Shown piece by piece: positions 18,801 to 26,997 of a stretch of 64,000 nucleotides of DNA. This DNA comes from Candidatus Caldarchaeales archaeon. GTDB lineage: Archaea > Thermoproteota > Nitrososphaeria_A > Caldarchaeales > Calditenuaceae. The stretch is from positions 61,338 to 125,337 of the forward strand of contig JBCNVM010000003.1 in the NCBI GenBank assembly GCA_039630085.1, read 5' to 3'. Numbering within the stretch: the first letter of the stretch is position 1; each line of letters opens with the position of its first letter. A program made the position numbers and the translations under genes. The notes under the pieces were generated by a model. The model saw only the letters and a list, made by a program, of their open reading frames with translations. It was not told the DNA's origin and ran no database searches.

Positions 18801-20311
18801 GCTTAGTCGGCGGGCCGCTGGGCGACTTGGCGGGCGCCCTGAACCAGGTATTCGGACCGATCAAGTCGCTGCTCGAGGGGATCAAAGGGTTCCTGACCGG
18901 TATTAAGGACGCGATTACCGGATTCCTCGACAACATCGTCAACCAGATAAAGAGCGTCGTGAACATGATCAAGCAGCTTATCACCTCCCTCGTGAACCAG
19001 CTCGTCTCCGCAATCAACAACCTGATCTCCTCCGTCGTCGGAGCGATCCTAGGACCAATACTAAGCATGGTCGACAGTCTCTTCCAAGGGTTTGGAATTT
19101 TCGGCAAGCTGCTCGCGGGGGTAATCAAGGACATGATAACCAACTTCGTCAACGAGCTGATCAACGATTTCATTCAGGAGATCCTTGACGGTCTACTGAA
19201 GCCGATCAACGAGCTGATCAGCGGACTCGATCAGCTGGTCAACAAGATCATCGAACCCATTAACAAGATCAAAGAGGCGTTGACCCGCTGGCATGACCAG
19301 ATAGTCTCGACCATCGAAGGGTGGCTGAACAACATCCTCAACCCGCTGAGCAACGTCCTCTCGGCCGCGAAGGCGGACCTCGCCAACGGTCAGATCAGCA
19401 GCTTGGTGACCGCTGCGCTCAGGGAGTTCGTGAGCGGCATGACGCGTCCCGTAAGGGGCGCGGTCGAGGAGGCCGTCAGGAAGCTCAACGAGGCGGAGAG
19501 GAAGATACTCGGTTCGCTCATAAGGATCAGGGACTCCATGATCTACGCGAACAACATGCTGAGGATACCCATCATCGGTAGGGGAGGGGTGCTGCAGGCG
19601 ACCATCCTGGGTCTCGGTGAGAGCGCTGCCTCTGATGACTACGGACGCCTCGGCACCATAGCGGTCGACACCAGACCCCTGAAGCTGAAGCCCGGGTGGT
19701 ACGACCAGTACGAGTTGGTCCTTCACGCCGCCGGGGACCCCTCGGCGCCGATTCCGGCCGACTTCACCTTGCTCTTCGGACCCCTAGAGGAGGTCAGGGA
19801 GCTCTTCGACGCACCCCCGCCGAGCGTCGTTCCCGTCAAGGTAAACGAGATCGGCCCCGCGCTCAGGGATTGGAGCGTCGACGTCGTGATACTGGGCGAC
19901 CCGAAGAGGCCGGTAGTTCCTGGAGCATCGGCGACCGCGAGGCTCTTCGTTACGAAGTCCGACGGCACCGTTGAGGTGAAGGGGCTAGGCGACCTCACCG
20001 GAACCCTCGTCGCACCGTTCTTCCCGTGGCCGATAGAGCAGGGAGAGCTGATCGCACCGTTCTTCCCGTTCCCGATCGAGCGGGACGCACTCGTGGCGCC
20101 CTTCTTCCCGTGGCCGATAGAGCAGGGAGAGCTGATGGCTCCGTTCTTCCCGTTCCCGATCGAATACTCAGTCGGAGTCCTGGAGTCGCCCTACAGCGAC
20201 CCGTCTGCCAGAGCCGTCCCGAGGATCCTGGTGCCCGCCGACACCATGAACGGACCGGTCCTGATCTCGCCGTTCTTCCCGTGGCCGATAGAGCAGACAG
20301 CTAGGGGGTGA
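15887..20311 (+). CDS. 1474-aa secreted or membrane protein with an internal signal-like segment, a long amphipathic helical region and C-terminal PFFPxPIE repeats
   Basis: Signal peptide MKTSRLPLALALLALLAVPAVA; Pro-rich linker; TM pair near aa 370-420; I/L-periodic amphipathic region; 14-aa repeats. Confidence 0.75.
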   Translation: MKTSRLPLALALLALLAVPAVAENSPLPPGESEDLAVAVAPSGHLMVSYIVAYPIGSLNAVAEALRPTSDGSAVLFISAKKLANNGTAFLEVAGVADEARVGGVARTFASVTGLRFEGTGQTGQFVASATWRDLMRVVEALRPATDGGFSPHLKKELLERFDEATVVISVSRMGWGVTTSLEVRLLKKLQVQSDAREHSVDVLRELGVSELRPARGALLNVILMPPFGTQRFNYEVTPRSVSLRPVAEGIDAYFAMLNGSSVITSLRFGFAYEFGSGALRDLPTDFLKFVERIERAAALVNRTSPPPPASPASPGQEPRPSDEGAEESPEPETPDTGIVDRSPAGGPTEALRRMLPPVEGAGRTVQIDPLHLMVIVVSATGFLAFASLYVRGRGLSRKGAASLVVLLLITLSLALPVLAISAVRAERASGGLESILEVEQFHPSGAPSDLEIPLLFPGFKKIDKVSKTFISFEDINVVATPGLRSPYVPQGYEKLLATLGIDLRLIQVAGLILGGGLNPLGMFKGMTVAHGSTSVFLVNEEVGANVFIAFKARPSSTLKSMLNVINSVYRVGYALYHSTVCFPGDGCLHPIGWSMMVASTLAAVALALIAPGFAVYALASYPVVVNDELYATLSFKDGEWAKDKERLWLAEERYMVSLAILIMILRAPTLSGWKSSENLADIPLTASFHVSSDADSGWKLTELLGVYSGDRGLKVSVDFKDALGIFELLESLFGLFQGAWSSLVSHVAGSLSEQESVLRQIASELRSLKVGNELLVGAASKLDRAVTLLADARLKLGARNCAGALQNVEGARTSIRSAIQDLQPLASDSGIGAVIQHYIRELERVEASLAEYTEQINGLCAPYNFSAEPPTDPETIPDERKLTLSFIVLSATPMVTEAVHYKSSSTISLRAYWGWNPLPGIAYGLEKTVREIFRFAKTVAYNELDRLDGAVNSIAGEVAGTLSRPLDALVGGLVGGPLGDLAGALNQVFGPIKSLLEGIKGFLTGIKDAITGFLDNIVNQIKSVVNMIKQLITSLVNQLVSAINNLISSVVGAILGPILSMVDSLFQGFGIFGKLLAGVIKDMITNFVNELINDFIQEILDGLLKPINELISGLDQLVNKIIEPINKIKEALTRWHDQIVSTIEGWLNNILNPLSNVLSAAKADLANGQISSLVTAALREFVSGMTRPVRGAVEEAVRKLNEAERKILGSLIRIRDSMIYANNMLRIPIIGRGGVLQATILGLGESAASDDYGRLGTIAVDTRPLKLKPGWYDQYELVLHAAGDPSAPIPADFTLLFGPLEEVRELFDAPPPSVVPVKVNEIGPALRDWSVDVVILGDPKRPVVPGASATARLFVTKSDGTVEVKGLGDLTGTLVAPFFPWPIEQGELIAPFFPFPIERDALVAPFFPWPIEQGELMAPFFPFPIEYSVGVLESPYSDPSARAVPRILVPADTMNGPVLISPFFPWPIEQTARG
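20012..20308 (+). repeat. Coding repeat: four tandem 42-nt units (20012-20179) plus a fifth copy (20267-20308)
   Basis: APFFPWPIEQGELI / APFFPFPIERDALV / APFFPWPIEQGELM / APFFPFPIEYSVGV / SPFFPWPIEQTARG. Confidence 0.9.
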
Positions 20312-20315
20312 GGAC

Positions 20316-21119
20316 GTGAGGTCGAGGGCAGGGCTCAGCACCGCGGTTCAAACGGCCGCGCTCATCGCGATCACCGCCGGCCTCGCCGTTGCGGTCGTGG
20401 CGCTCTGGAGGCCGTGGGAGGCCTCAGGGCAGGCCCAGTCGGCCGCGATCGGGGTCGGCGTCCAGCAGATCCACGACCTCCTGCTCAGGAGAGAGGGAGC
20501 TACCGTGCTGTCCCATTCAGTAATCGTGCGTCCGTTCGCGGAGGCACACGTGATAAAGGTTGAGTGGAAAGGGAGGAGCGTGGTGATACCCGCGGTGGTC
20601 AGCGCGATCGAGTACGTGGGGCCGAAGCAGAGGATCCCCGGGATATACTACCTCGAGCGCGGGGAGGTGGATGTCTTGGGCGACTACATAGCGAGCAGAA
20701 AGCTGAACTACACGACCACGGGACTTGACGTGGTGACCTACGCGGTCTACGACGACAGGGAGGTCAGGATCGTCACCAAGGCGCTCCCCTATGTGTCGTA
20801 CTCCGTCGACAGGGTGTACAACGACGTCGTGGTGACCGTCATGGTGCGGGTGGTCCTCGTGACCCCGCACTACGCCGACCCCGGGGCTTACGAGAGGGTG
20901 CTGAAGGACGGGTACGTCGTCCCCCCAGGGGACACGCTGACCTTCAGGCTCAACGCCACCCGGAGGACGTACTACCAGCTCCCCGAGTCGATCGACGGAG
21001 GGTCGCTCAGGGTGTTCGTCGACGGCGTGGAAATCCCCCAGCTCGCTTTCTCCACGAGCGAGAGGGCGATCTTCAGGGTCTTCGTCGACTACGTGACCGT
21101 TATGGTTTGGGCGAGGTGA
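20316..21119 (+). CDS. Minor pilin-like protein
   Basis: MRSRAG|LSTAVQTAALIAITAGLAVAVVALW; same RSRAG|LS cleavage context as the pilin at 1648. Confidence 0.75.
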   Translation: MRSRAGLSTAVQTAALIAITAGLAVAVVALWRPWEASGQAQSAAIGVGVQQIHDLLLRREGATVLSHSVIVRPFAEAHVIKVEWKGRSVVIPAVVSAIEYVGPKQRIPGIYYLERGEVDVLGDYIASRKLNYTTTGLDVVTYAVYDDREVRIVTKALPYVSYSVDRVYNDVVVTVMVRVVLVTPHYADPGAYERVLKDGYVVPPGDTLTFRLNATRRTYYQLPESIDGGSLRVFVDGVEIPQLAFSTSERAIFRVFVDYVTVMVWAR

Positions 21120-21124
21120 CCTAA

Positions 21125-21598
21125 GTGACCACCTCGTACACCTACATAGTGACGATCGGTGTTATAATGCTGGTGACTTTCTCGACCGCGGCCGTCTTCC
21201 TCCAGCAGGTGAGTTCGATAGACCACGCGGCTAAGAGGTCCGCCCTCTCGGTCGCCGCGTCCCAAGTGCTCTCCGGGATCTGGAGCGCGGTCGAAGAGGT
21301 CAGGCTGACCCAGACGGGAAGGGAGTTCAAGTCCGTCTCAGTCGGTTTCCCCTTCAGGGCCGAGATAGGATTCAGTCCAAAGACCGGAGGGTTGGCGCTA
21401 TGCGTGACGGGGATGGGAATAACCTACGAGAGGCCCTTGCCGGTCATACAGGGAGTTCAGTACGTCCCCTCGGCCTCCGGAGGCGACAGGGTCGGCGTGC
21501 TGGTCGAGATGTCGGAAGGGAGGGCCTCGGTGAGGCTGGTCAACGTCAGGAACGACGGAAACCTGATTTCCGACAGCCCCGGTCTGTGCCTGAGATGA
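21125..21598 (+). CDS. Pilin-like protein without a basic leader
   Basis: N-terminal hydrophobic helix (YTYIVTIGVIMLVTFSTAAVF), then an amphipathic helix and beta strands. Confidence 0.55.
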   Translation: MTTSYTYIVTIGVIMLVTFSTAAVFLQQVSSIDHAAKRSALSVAASQVLSGIWSAVEEVRLTQTGREFKSVSVGFPFRAEIGFSPKTGGLALCVTGMGITYERPLPVIQGVQYVPSASGGDRVGVLVEMSEGRASVRLVNVRNDGNLISDSPGLCLR

Positions 21599-23067
21599 GC
21601 GTCAAGGGCCTCGCGCTGGTCGCGCTCCTGACGGCCGCTCTTCTTATTCCGTCGGCCGGAGCCACGGAGACGGCGGCCCGCGAGGCCCCGATCGTCATCA
21701 GGGCAAAGTTGGAGGTGGACGCATCCTGCTCCGGAGTGATGACGTACCTGGTGGACGCGGGGGAGGCTAGGAGGGTCGGGCTCGGAAGGCTCTGGCTCCT
21801 GCTCCCCAGGGAACCCCTGAGGTGGAGCGCGCAGCCGCAAGTGATCCATGAGGTCTTAGATCTCCCGGCAGAGTCAGAGGGCAGCAGGGTCTACAGCAAC
21901 GTGACCTTCGACCTCAGCTCGGTCGAGGCTCTGACGGTCTCCTTCAGGATGGACCACGCGTGCCTCGTGAACGGTGACAGGGGCCTCCTCCTGACGCCGC
22001 TGGTCTCCTACGGCCCGCCTGTGAGGGGCGTGCTCGAGATCACCTTGGAGGGCCTCGTGGAGAGGTTGAGGTCCGTCGAGCCCTGGACGCCTCACGCGGA
22101 GGTCCACAACCGGTCGCTCTCCGTTCGCCACGCGCTCCCCCTCGCCGTCAAAAGGGTCGCGATCGACTTCAGGCCCGTTGAGGAGCCCCTCGAGCTCATC
22201 GCCTCGAGGGGGTTCAGCGTCAGGACCCACCAGCGTTACGCGGCAGTCGCAGAGGCAATCATCGACGCCCTAGCGAACGCCAGCGAGTACCTGCGCTCTG
22301 TCTTCGGTGGCGAAGTCCCTGAGGTAAGGGTGGAGTTCTTCCTGCCCCGCGACTACCGGTCCGGCCCCGAGGGCTTCGCGCCCGTGCCGTCGGGGAGCTC
22401 GAGGGTGATCGGGCTGAACCTGATCCTCCTCAGGAGGCCTCGGGGGTTCTTGGAGGTGATCGCGATCCACGAGCTGGTCCACCACTACCTCTTCGAGGTC
22501 GGAGTTGATGCAGGCGCGACTTGGTTCCACGAGGGCCTCGCGGTCTATCTCTCCCTAGAGCTCGGGGAGCGGTTGGGGCTGGAGGGCTCACAGACACTGA
22601 GGGAACTGATGAGGGAGGAGGCGTCCCGCTCACGTCAGCTCAGGCTGATCGAGTGGAGACCAGGCGAGTCCAGGGACAGCGGCTGGTACGCGGCCGCCTT
22701 CGCTCTGATCGAGCAACTCTTCAGGCTGGACCCCGAAGGCATGTCGAGAGCCCTCCTCAACCTTAAGCACAGGATGGGAGGCATATCGTCCGGAGAGGCA
22801 GCGGCCGAGCACCTCGCGACACACCTCAACGGAGAGGCGCTGGAGCTGCTCAAGGAGGCCGGACTCCTGTCGACCGTGAGGAAGTACACGGAGATCAGCA
22901 CAGCGTCATCGACCATGACGACGATCGAGACGCGCAGGGCCACCACGGCCTCCGAGCCCTGGAGCCGAGAGGGGGCTATGGTGATCGACGAGCTGCTTCT
23001 TCTGATCGTGTTGACGGCCGCCGCGTTTGCGGTGTTGCTCCTCGCGATAAGGGACGCAAAGTCCTGA
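21595..23067 (+). CDS. Surface-anchored gluzincin-type (clan MA, M1-like) Zn metallopeptidase
   Basis: Signal peptide from ATG 21595 (ATGA overlap); IAIHELVHH...WFHEGLAVY; Thr/Ser linker and C-terminal TM. Confidence 0.8.
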   Translation: MSVKGLALVALLTAALLIPSAGATETAAREAPIVIRAKLEVDASCSGVMTYLVDAGEARRVGLGRLWLLLPREPLRWSAQPQVIHEVLDLPAESEGSRVYSNVTFDLSSVEALTVSFRMDHACLVNGDRGLLLTPLVSYGPPVRGVLEITLEGLVERLRSVEPWTPHAEVHNRSLSVRHALPLAVKRVAIDFRPVEEPLELIASRGFSVRTHQRYAAVAEAIIDALANASEYLRSVFGGEVPEVRVEFFLPRDYRSGPEGFAPVPSGSSRVIGLNLILLRRPRGFLEVIAIHELVHHYLFEVGVDAGATWFHEGLAVYLSLELGERLGLEGSQTLRELMREEASRSRQLRLIEWRPGESRDSGWYAAAFALIEQLFRLDPEGMSRALLNLKHRMGGISSGEAAAEHLATHLNGEALELLKEAGLLSTVRKYTEISTASSTMTTIETRRATTASEPWSREGAMVIDELLLLIVLTAAAFAVLLLAIRDAKS

Positions 23068-23092
23068 GTCGACCTGTTCTGAGAAAGGAGGT

Positions 23093-23917
23093 TCAGCCCG
23101 ATGGGCTCTCTACCTGATACCCGAACTCGAGCAACCTGTTCACGTACTCGTTCTTGAGCCTGTTGTAGACCTGCTCGCTGATCTTCCCGGCCCTGTAGTT
23201 CTCCTCGAGGGTCCTAAGGAAGTTCAGGTACTTGACAACCTCCGCCGGAAGCTGCTGGGGCTGCTCGACCGGGGTCTCACCCCCGGTCACGATCGTCGGC
23301 CTTACCTCAGCGGCGATCTCGCGCCGCTCCGTGGGCTCAGGGGCCTCCGCCACCCTCCGGACTGCTTCCTCCGTGACGCGCTGAACGCCTATCTCCCACG
23401 ACGACCGGATGCGGGACACGAGGACGTTAAGCCCCATCTTCGGCTTAGTGAGCAGCAGGTAGACGACGTAGAGCGAGATGGCCCCACTCCACGCCAGCAG
23501 ACCTAAAAGGACCGCAGTCGCGGAGGCCAGGGCGATCAGCCCGAACGGGTGCGGGACGACGCCGTAGACAACTGAGGGCACGGCGATGATAACGGCAAAC
23601 TTGACCAGGTTTTCCCTCCTGATCGGTATGTTCACGAGCCCCCTCGTGGCCAGGAAGAGGGCGACCGCTAAGACGATTACCATCCCTGCGACTCCGGACG
23701 TCAGCTGGGCGACAGCGACGAGGAAGAGCGAGAAGACCAGATAGATGATCAGGACGTCCACTCCCTTCACCATCGAGACGAAGGCCGCCAGGACCCCGAT
23801 GATGATCAGCGTGAGCACTAGGCTTGAGACGCCGCCGGTGGCATAGGCGGTCGAAGTCAGCAGGGTGACGAACGTCGCAACGAATATGTCCCGACTCAGG
23901 ATTTGCTTGAGGTTCAA
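23093..23917 (-). CDS. Multi-pass membrane protein with C-terminal SHOCT/CdvA-like motif
   Basis: About 6 TM segments, a linker, then LEENYRAGKISEQVYNRLKNEY. Confidence 0.65.
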   Translation of the reverse strand: MNLKQILSRDIFVATFVTLLTSTAYATGGVSSLVLTLIIIGVLAAFVSMVKGVDVLIIYLVFSLFLVAVAQLTSGVAGMVIVLAVALFLATRGLVNIPIRRENLVKFAVIIAVPSVVYGVVPHPFGLIALASATAVLLGLLAWSGAISLYVVYLLLTKPKMGLNVLVSRIRSSWEIGVQRVTEEAVRRVAEAPEPTERREIAAEVRPTIVTGGETPVEQPQQLPAEVVKYLNFLRTLEENYRAGKISEQVYNRLKNEYVNRLLEFGYQVESPSG

Positions 23918-24024
23918 AGGTACTCACGAGACATGCGTGGGGGGCCGTAATTAACGTTTTGAAGTGACCAGCGGATCGGCGACGCGCTAGTAGGCTTATA
24001 ATTTCGGAGTGATGTAAATCGGTC

Positions 24025-26268
24025 ATGAGGGCGAAGACGTTCTCTCTGATCCTCCTGATCGCTATGATGGTCTCCACCTTCGCGGCCGTTGGGACACCAG
24101 CGAGGGCGGAGCAGTCGGAGGCGCCGATAGACCTGCCGATCAGGGCGCCGCTCGAAGTCAACGTGATAATCGCGGGGTTCTCGAGCCGAGACCTCGGGCT
24201 GACGCCCGCACAGCTCCAGAGGGTGCTCTCGCAGCTGGTCAGGAGCGAGGCCATCGCTTACGCCGGTTTCTTCATGGAGGACCCCTACGTGGTCGCGCTC
24301 TTCGACGTGGAGCTGGTAGTGATCGAGGCCGATGCTAGGCTGAACGCGGAGATACGGTCACTGTACGGACGATTTTCCTACGACCCCGCCGCGCTGTCGA
24401 TCGACTTGAGAAACGGCTACGTCAGGTATGTGTCGTTCGTCAGGGATGAGTATGGAACTTCTTTCGCGATCCAGCTGAACGACAGAATGACCGACATCGC
24501 GTCGCTCACGCTCGGGTTGGTCTCGCTCACGCATAGATTCCTCCCGCAGATCGCCGATGGATACAACGTCTACCTCGTATGCGGACTGCCCTTCACCGGC
24601 AACAAGTTTCCCGTTTACTTCGCTTCTGGGCAGACGATCGAGCGCGGAAACGGTATAGGGGTGGTAGGGATGAACCTCTACGGTGGAATAGGGACGTACA
24701 GGTACGTCGTGCTCGACATCTGCGCGATCCCGAACCCATACGGTAACTACGCACCGAGGACGGAGGAGGACATCGTGAAGTATCTGCCCCCTGCGTTCTA
24801 CGTGGACCCGCGGGACCAGATCGAGGCGATCGCCATGTACGTTGACGAGATAATAGATAACCTGTTTGTCAAGAGCCTCCTCTACGTCCCGAGGTATCAG
24901 GTGACTTTCCTCTTCGACGTGATAGTTATAGACTTTACAACGACCGGGGGAGGGCTGCCGTTCATAGCAGCTAACTTCGTGCCGGAGATATTCGAGTCCT
25001 CGATGAGGTGGCTTATGCCGTACAACTTCTACACGAGCAGATTTCACTACAAGACTATAGCGGAGGTAGCGGCTATGCGACAGGCCATTTCCGTCCAGAG
25101 GGGCGTTCAGATAATCGACGTCGAGAGGGCATTCGCGATCGCCGAGAGGACGGGGCTGATCCCCCCAGCACCACCGGGAGTAACGAGGGTCCCGGTGCTG
25201 ATCTTCCTCTCCGACGCCGACGTGTACCCGAGCTCGCCGGGAACAATAGGGATAGCTTGGCCCGACTCTAGCGACCCGAGATATCCCAAGGGAGCGGTCG
25301 TGGGGCTGTCATACAGGTTCGTTGAGAGGGAGGGACTGACCCTGGTCACGATCCACGAGGCCGCTCACACCCTCGGATTGGCCCACCCACACAACGACCT
25401 CGACGAGACGAGACAAGAGGTCATTCGGCCGGGCAGGTCGAGGCCGCAGATCACGAGCAGATGGGTCTTTAGCTGGATAGAGACCGCGATGGCCTACGCC
25501 GACCACCCCCAAGTCGTAAACCAGAGGCTGATCTATCTGGGAGCCTATCCGCTGAGGACCTACTTCAGCGCCTTCGACCTCGACGCGATCGACAGGGCGG
25601 TCGTAACGCTACTGCTCGGGTATTACCTGAACTACAGGGAGGAGATCGGGAAGAAGCTGAATGAATCAGGCCTCAAACTGAGCGACATACCCGAGGCTGA
25701 GAAGCTCCTCAGGGAAGCCGACGAGGCGGCCGTCAACGCGGTTAGACTCTTCAGGGATCACTACTACTTCGACAGGTTCGAGTTCGCGGGGCTCGGGGCT
25801 CAGCTCGAGACGGCTTTCGACTACGCGTGGAAGGCATTCACCGACATCATAGAGCTCTACGACAAGGTCGAGGGCGCGAGGCTCGCGATCGAGTCGGTGA
25901 GGCCGCTGATCAAAGAGCTCGAGAGCGAAGTCAGCAACCTGAAGTCGACGGTTGAGAGTCTGAGGGGACGACTCGACGAAGCGACCTCCCGCGCCGAGCA
26001 GCTGCAGAGGTCCCTGAACAGGGAGACGCAGGAGAGGCAGAGAGTTCAACAGGAGCTGGAGCTGACCAGGGGCGAGCTCTCTAGGGTTAAGACGGAGCTG
26101 GAGCTGACCAAGAACAGCCTCTCCGCCGCAAGGGCCGAGGCTAACACCTATCTCTTGCTCGCGGCGGCGGGAATAGCGGCGGCAGTCGGATCGGCTGCGT
26201 TCGCATTAATGAGCAGGCGCGGATCAAGACCGCGCGTCCTCTCCTCGTCCGCGCCAGGGCCGTCATGA
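24025..26268 (+). CDS. Surface-anchored metzincin-type Zn metalloprotease with coiled-coil stalk
   Basis: Signal peptide; HEAAHTLGLAH (HExxHxxGxxH); candidate Met-turn TAMAY; about 100-aa coiled coil; C-terminal TM. Confidence 0.8.
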   Translation: MRAKTFSLILLIAMMVSTFAAVGTPARAEQSEAPIDLPIRAPLEVNVIIAGFSSRDLGLTPAQLQRVLSQLVRSEAIAYAGFFMEDPYVVALFDVELVVIEADARLNAEIRSLYGRFSYDPAALSIDLRNGYVRYVSFVRDEYGTSFAIQLNDRMTDIASLTLGLVSLTHRFLPQIADGYNVYLVCGLPFTGNKFPVYFASGQTIERGNGIGVVGMNLYGGIGTYRYVVLDICAIPNPYGNYAPRTEEDIVKYLPPAFYVDPRDQIEAIAMYVDEIIDNLFVKSLLYVPRYQVTFLFDVIVIDFTTTGGGLPFIAANFVPEIFESSMRWLMPYNFYTSRFHYKTIAEVAAMRQAISVQRGVQIIDVERAFAIAERTGLIPPAPPGVTRVPVLIFLSDADVYPSSPGTIGIAWPDSSDPRYPKGAVVGLSYRFVEREGLTLVTIHEAAHTLGLAHPHNDLDETRQEVIRPGRSRPQITSRWVFSWIETAMAYADHPQVVNQRLIYLGAYPLRTYFSAFDLDAIDRAVVTLLLGYYLNYREEIGKKLNESGLKLSDIPEAEKLLREADEAAVNAVRLFRDHYYFDRFEFAGLGAQLETAFDYAWKAFTDIIELYDKVEGARLAIESVRPLIKELESEVSNLKSTVESLRGRLDEATSRAEQLQRSLNRETQERQRVQQELELTRGELSRVKTELELTKNSLSAARAEANTYLLLAAAGIAAAVGSAAFALMSRRGSRPRVLSSSAPGPS

Positions 26269-26292
26269 GACGATGGTACCACGCGGCACTCC

Positions 26293-26997
26293 ATGAGTAA
26301 CAGTATGGGCCCCGACGAGCTCGTCGCGAGGATAGTAGCCTGCAGGAGGTGTCCCAGACTGGTCGCCTATCGGGAGGAGATCGCCGGGAACCCTCCAAAG
26401 CGGTTCAGGGGCCAGACCTACTGGGCGAGACCCCTTCCGGGGTTTGGAGACCTGACCGCGAGAATTCTGGTGGTCGGACTAGCACCTGCGGCCCACGGCG
26501 GCAACCGCACCGGCAGGATGTTCACCGGAGACTCCTCCGCGAGCTTTCTCATGTCGGTGCTTCATGAGCTCGGACTCGCCAACAAGCCAACCTCGGAGTC
26601 TGCGGACGACGGTCTGAAGCTTTGGGGGGTCTTCCTCACGGCGCCGGTGCGATGCGCGCCACCGGAGAACAGGCCGACACGGGAGGAGATGGAGAACTGC
26701 TACCCGTTCCTGCTCGAGGAGGTGAGGCTGCTGAACCGGATGAGGGTCGTCGTGGCCCTGGGCGCGATAGGGTTCGGCGCTGCCGCGAGGCTTCTGAGGG
26801 ATTTAGGCTACCGGTCGGACGTCAAGCCGAAGTTCGGGCACGGAGCGACCTATGCCTTCGTGTCCGACGACGGGCGCGAGGTCTTCCTCCTCGGGTCCTA
26901 TCACCCATCGAGGCAGAACACGCAGACCGGAAGGCTGACGAGGGAGATGCTCTTGACGGTCTTCAGGAGGGCGAAGGAGCTCGCGGGTTACTCGTAG
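26293..26997 (+). CDS. udgB: Uracil-DNA glycosylase, family 5 (Fe-S)
   Basis: CRRCPRL, GLAPAAHGGNRTGRMFTGD, RCAPPENRP, YHPS. Confidence 0.9.
   Translation: MSNSMGPDELVARIVACRRCPRLVAYREEIAGNPPKRFRGQTYWARPLPGFGDLTARILVVGLAPAAHGGNRTGRMFTGDSSASFLMSVLHELGLANKPTSESADDGLKLWGVFLTAPVRCAPPENRPTREEMENCYPFLLEEVRLLNRMRVVVALGAIGFGAAARLLRDLGYRSDVKPKFGHGATYAFVSDDGREVFLLGSYHPSRQNTQTGRLTREMLLTVFRRAKELAGYS

Noticed and set aside
20012-20179. 42-nt repeats as a CRISPR array
   Set aside because: In-frame coding repeats with synonymous variation, no unique spacers and no cas genes in the window.
15887-20311. Provirus suggested by the tape-measure-like region
   Set aside because: The protein has signal peptides and sits in a pilus operon; no integrase, capsid, terminase or att repeats recognised.
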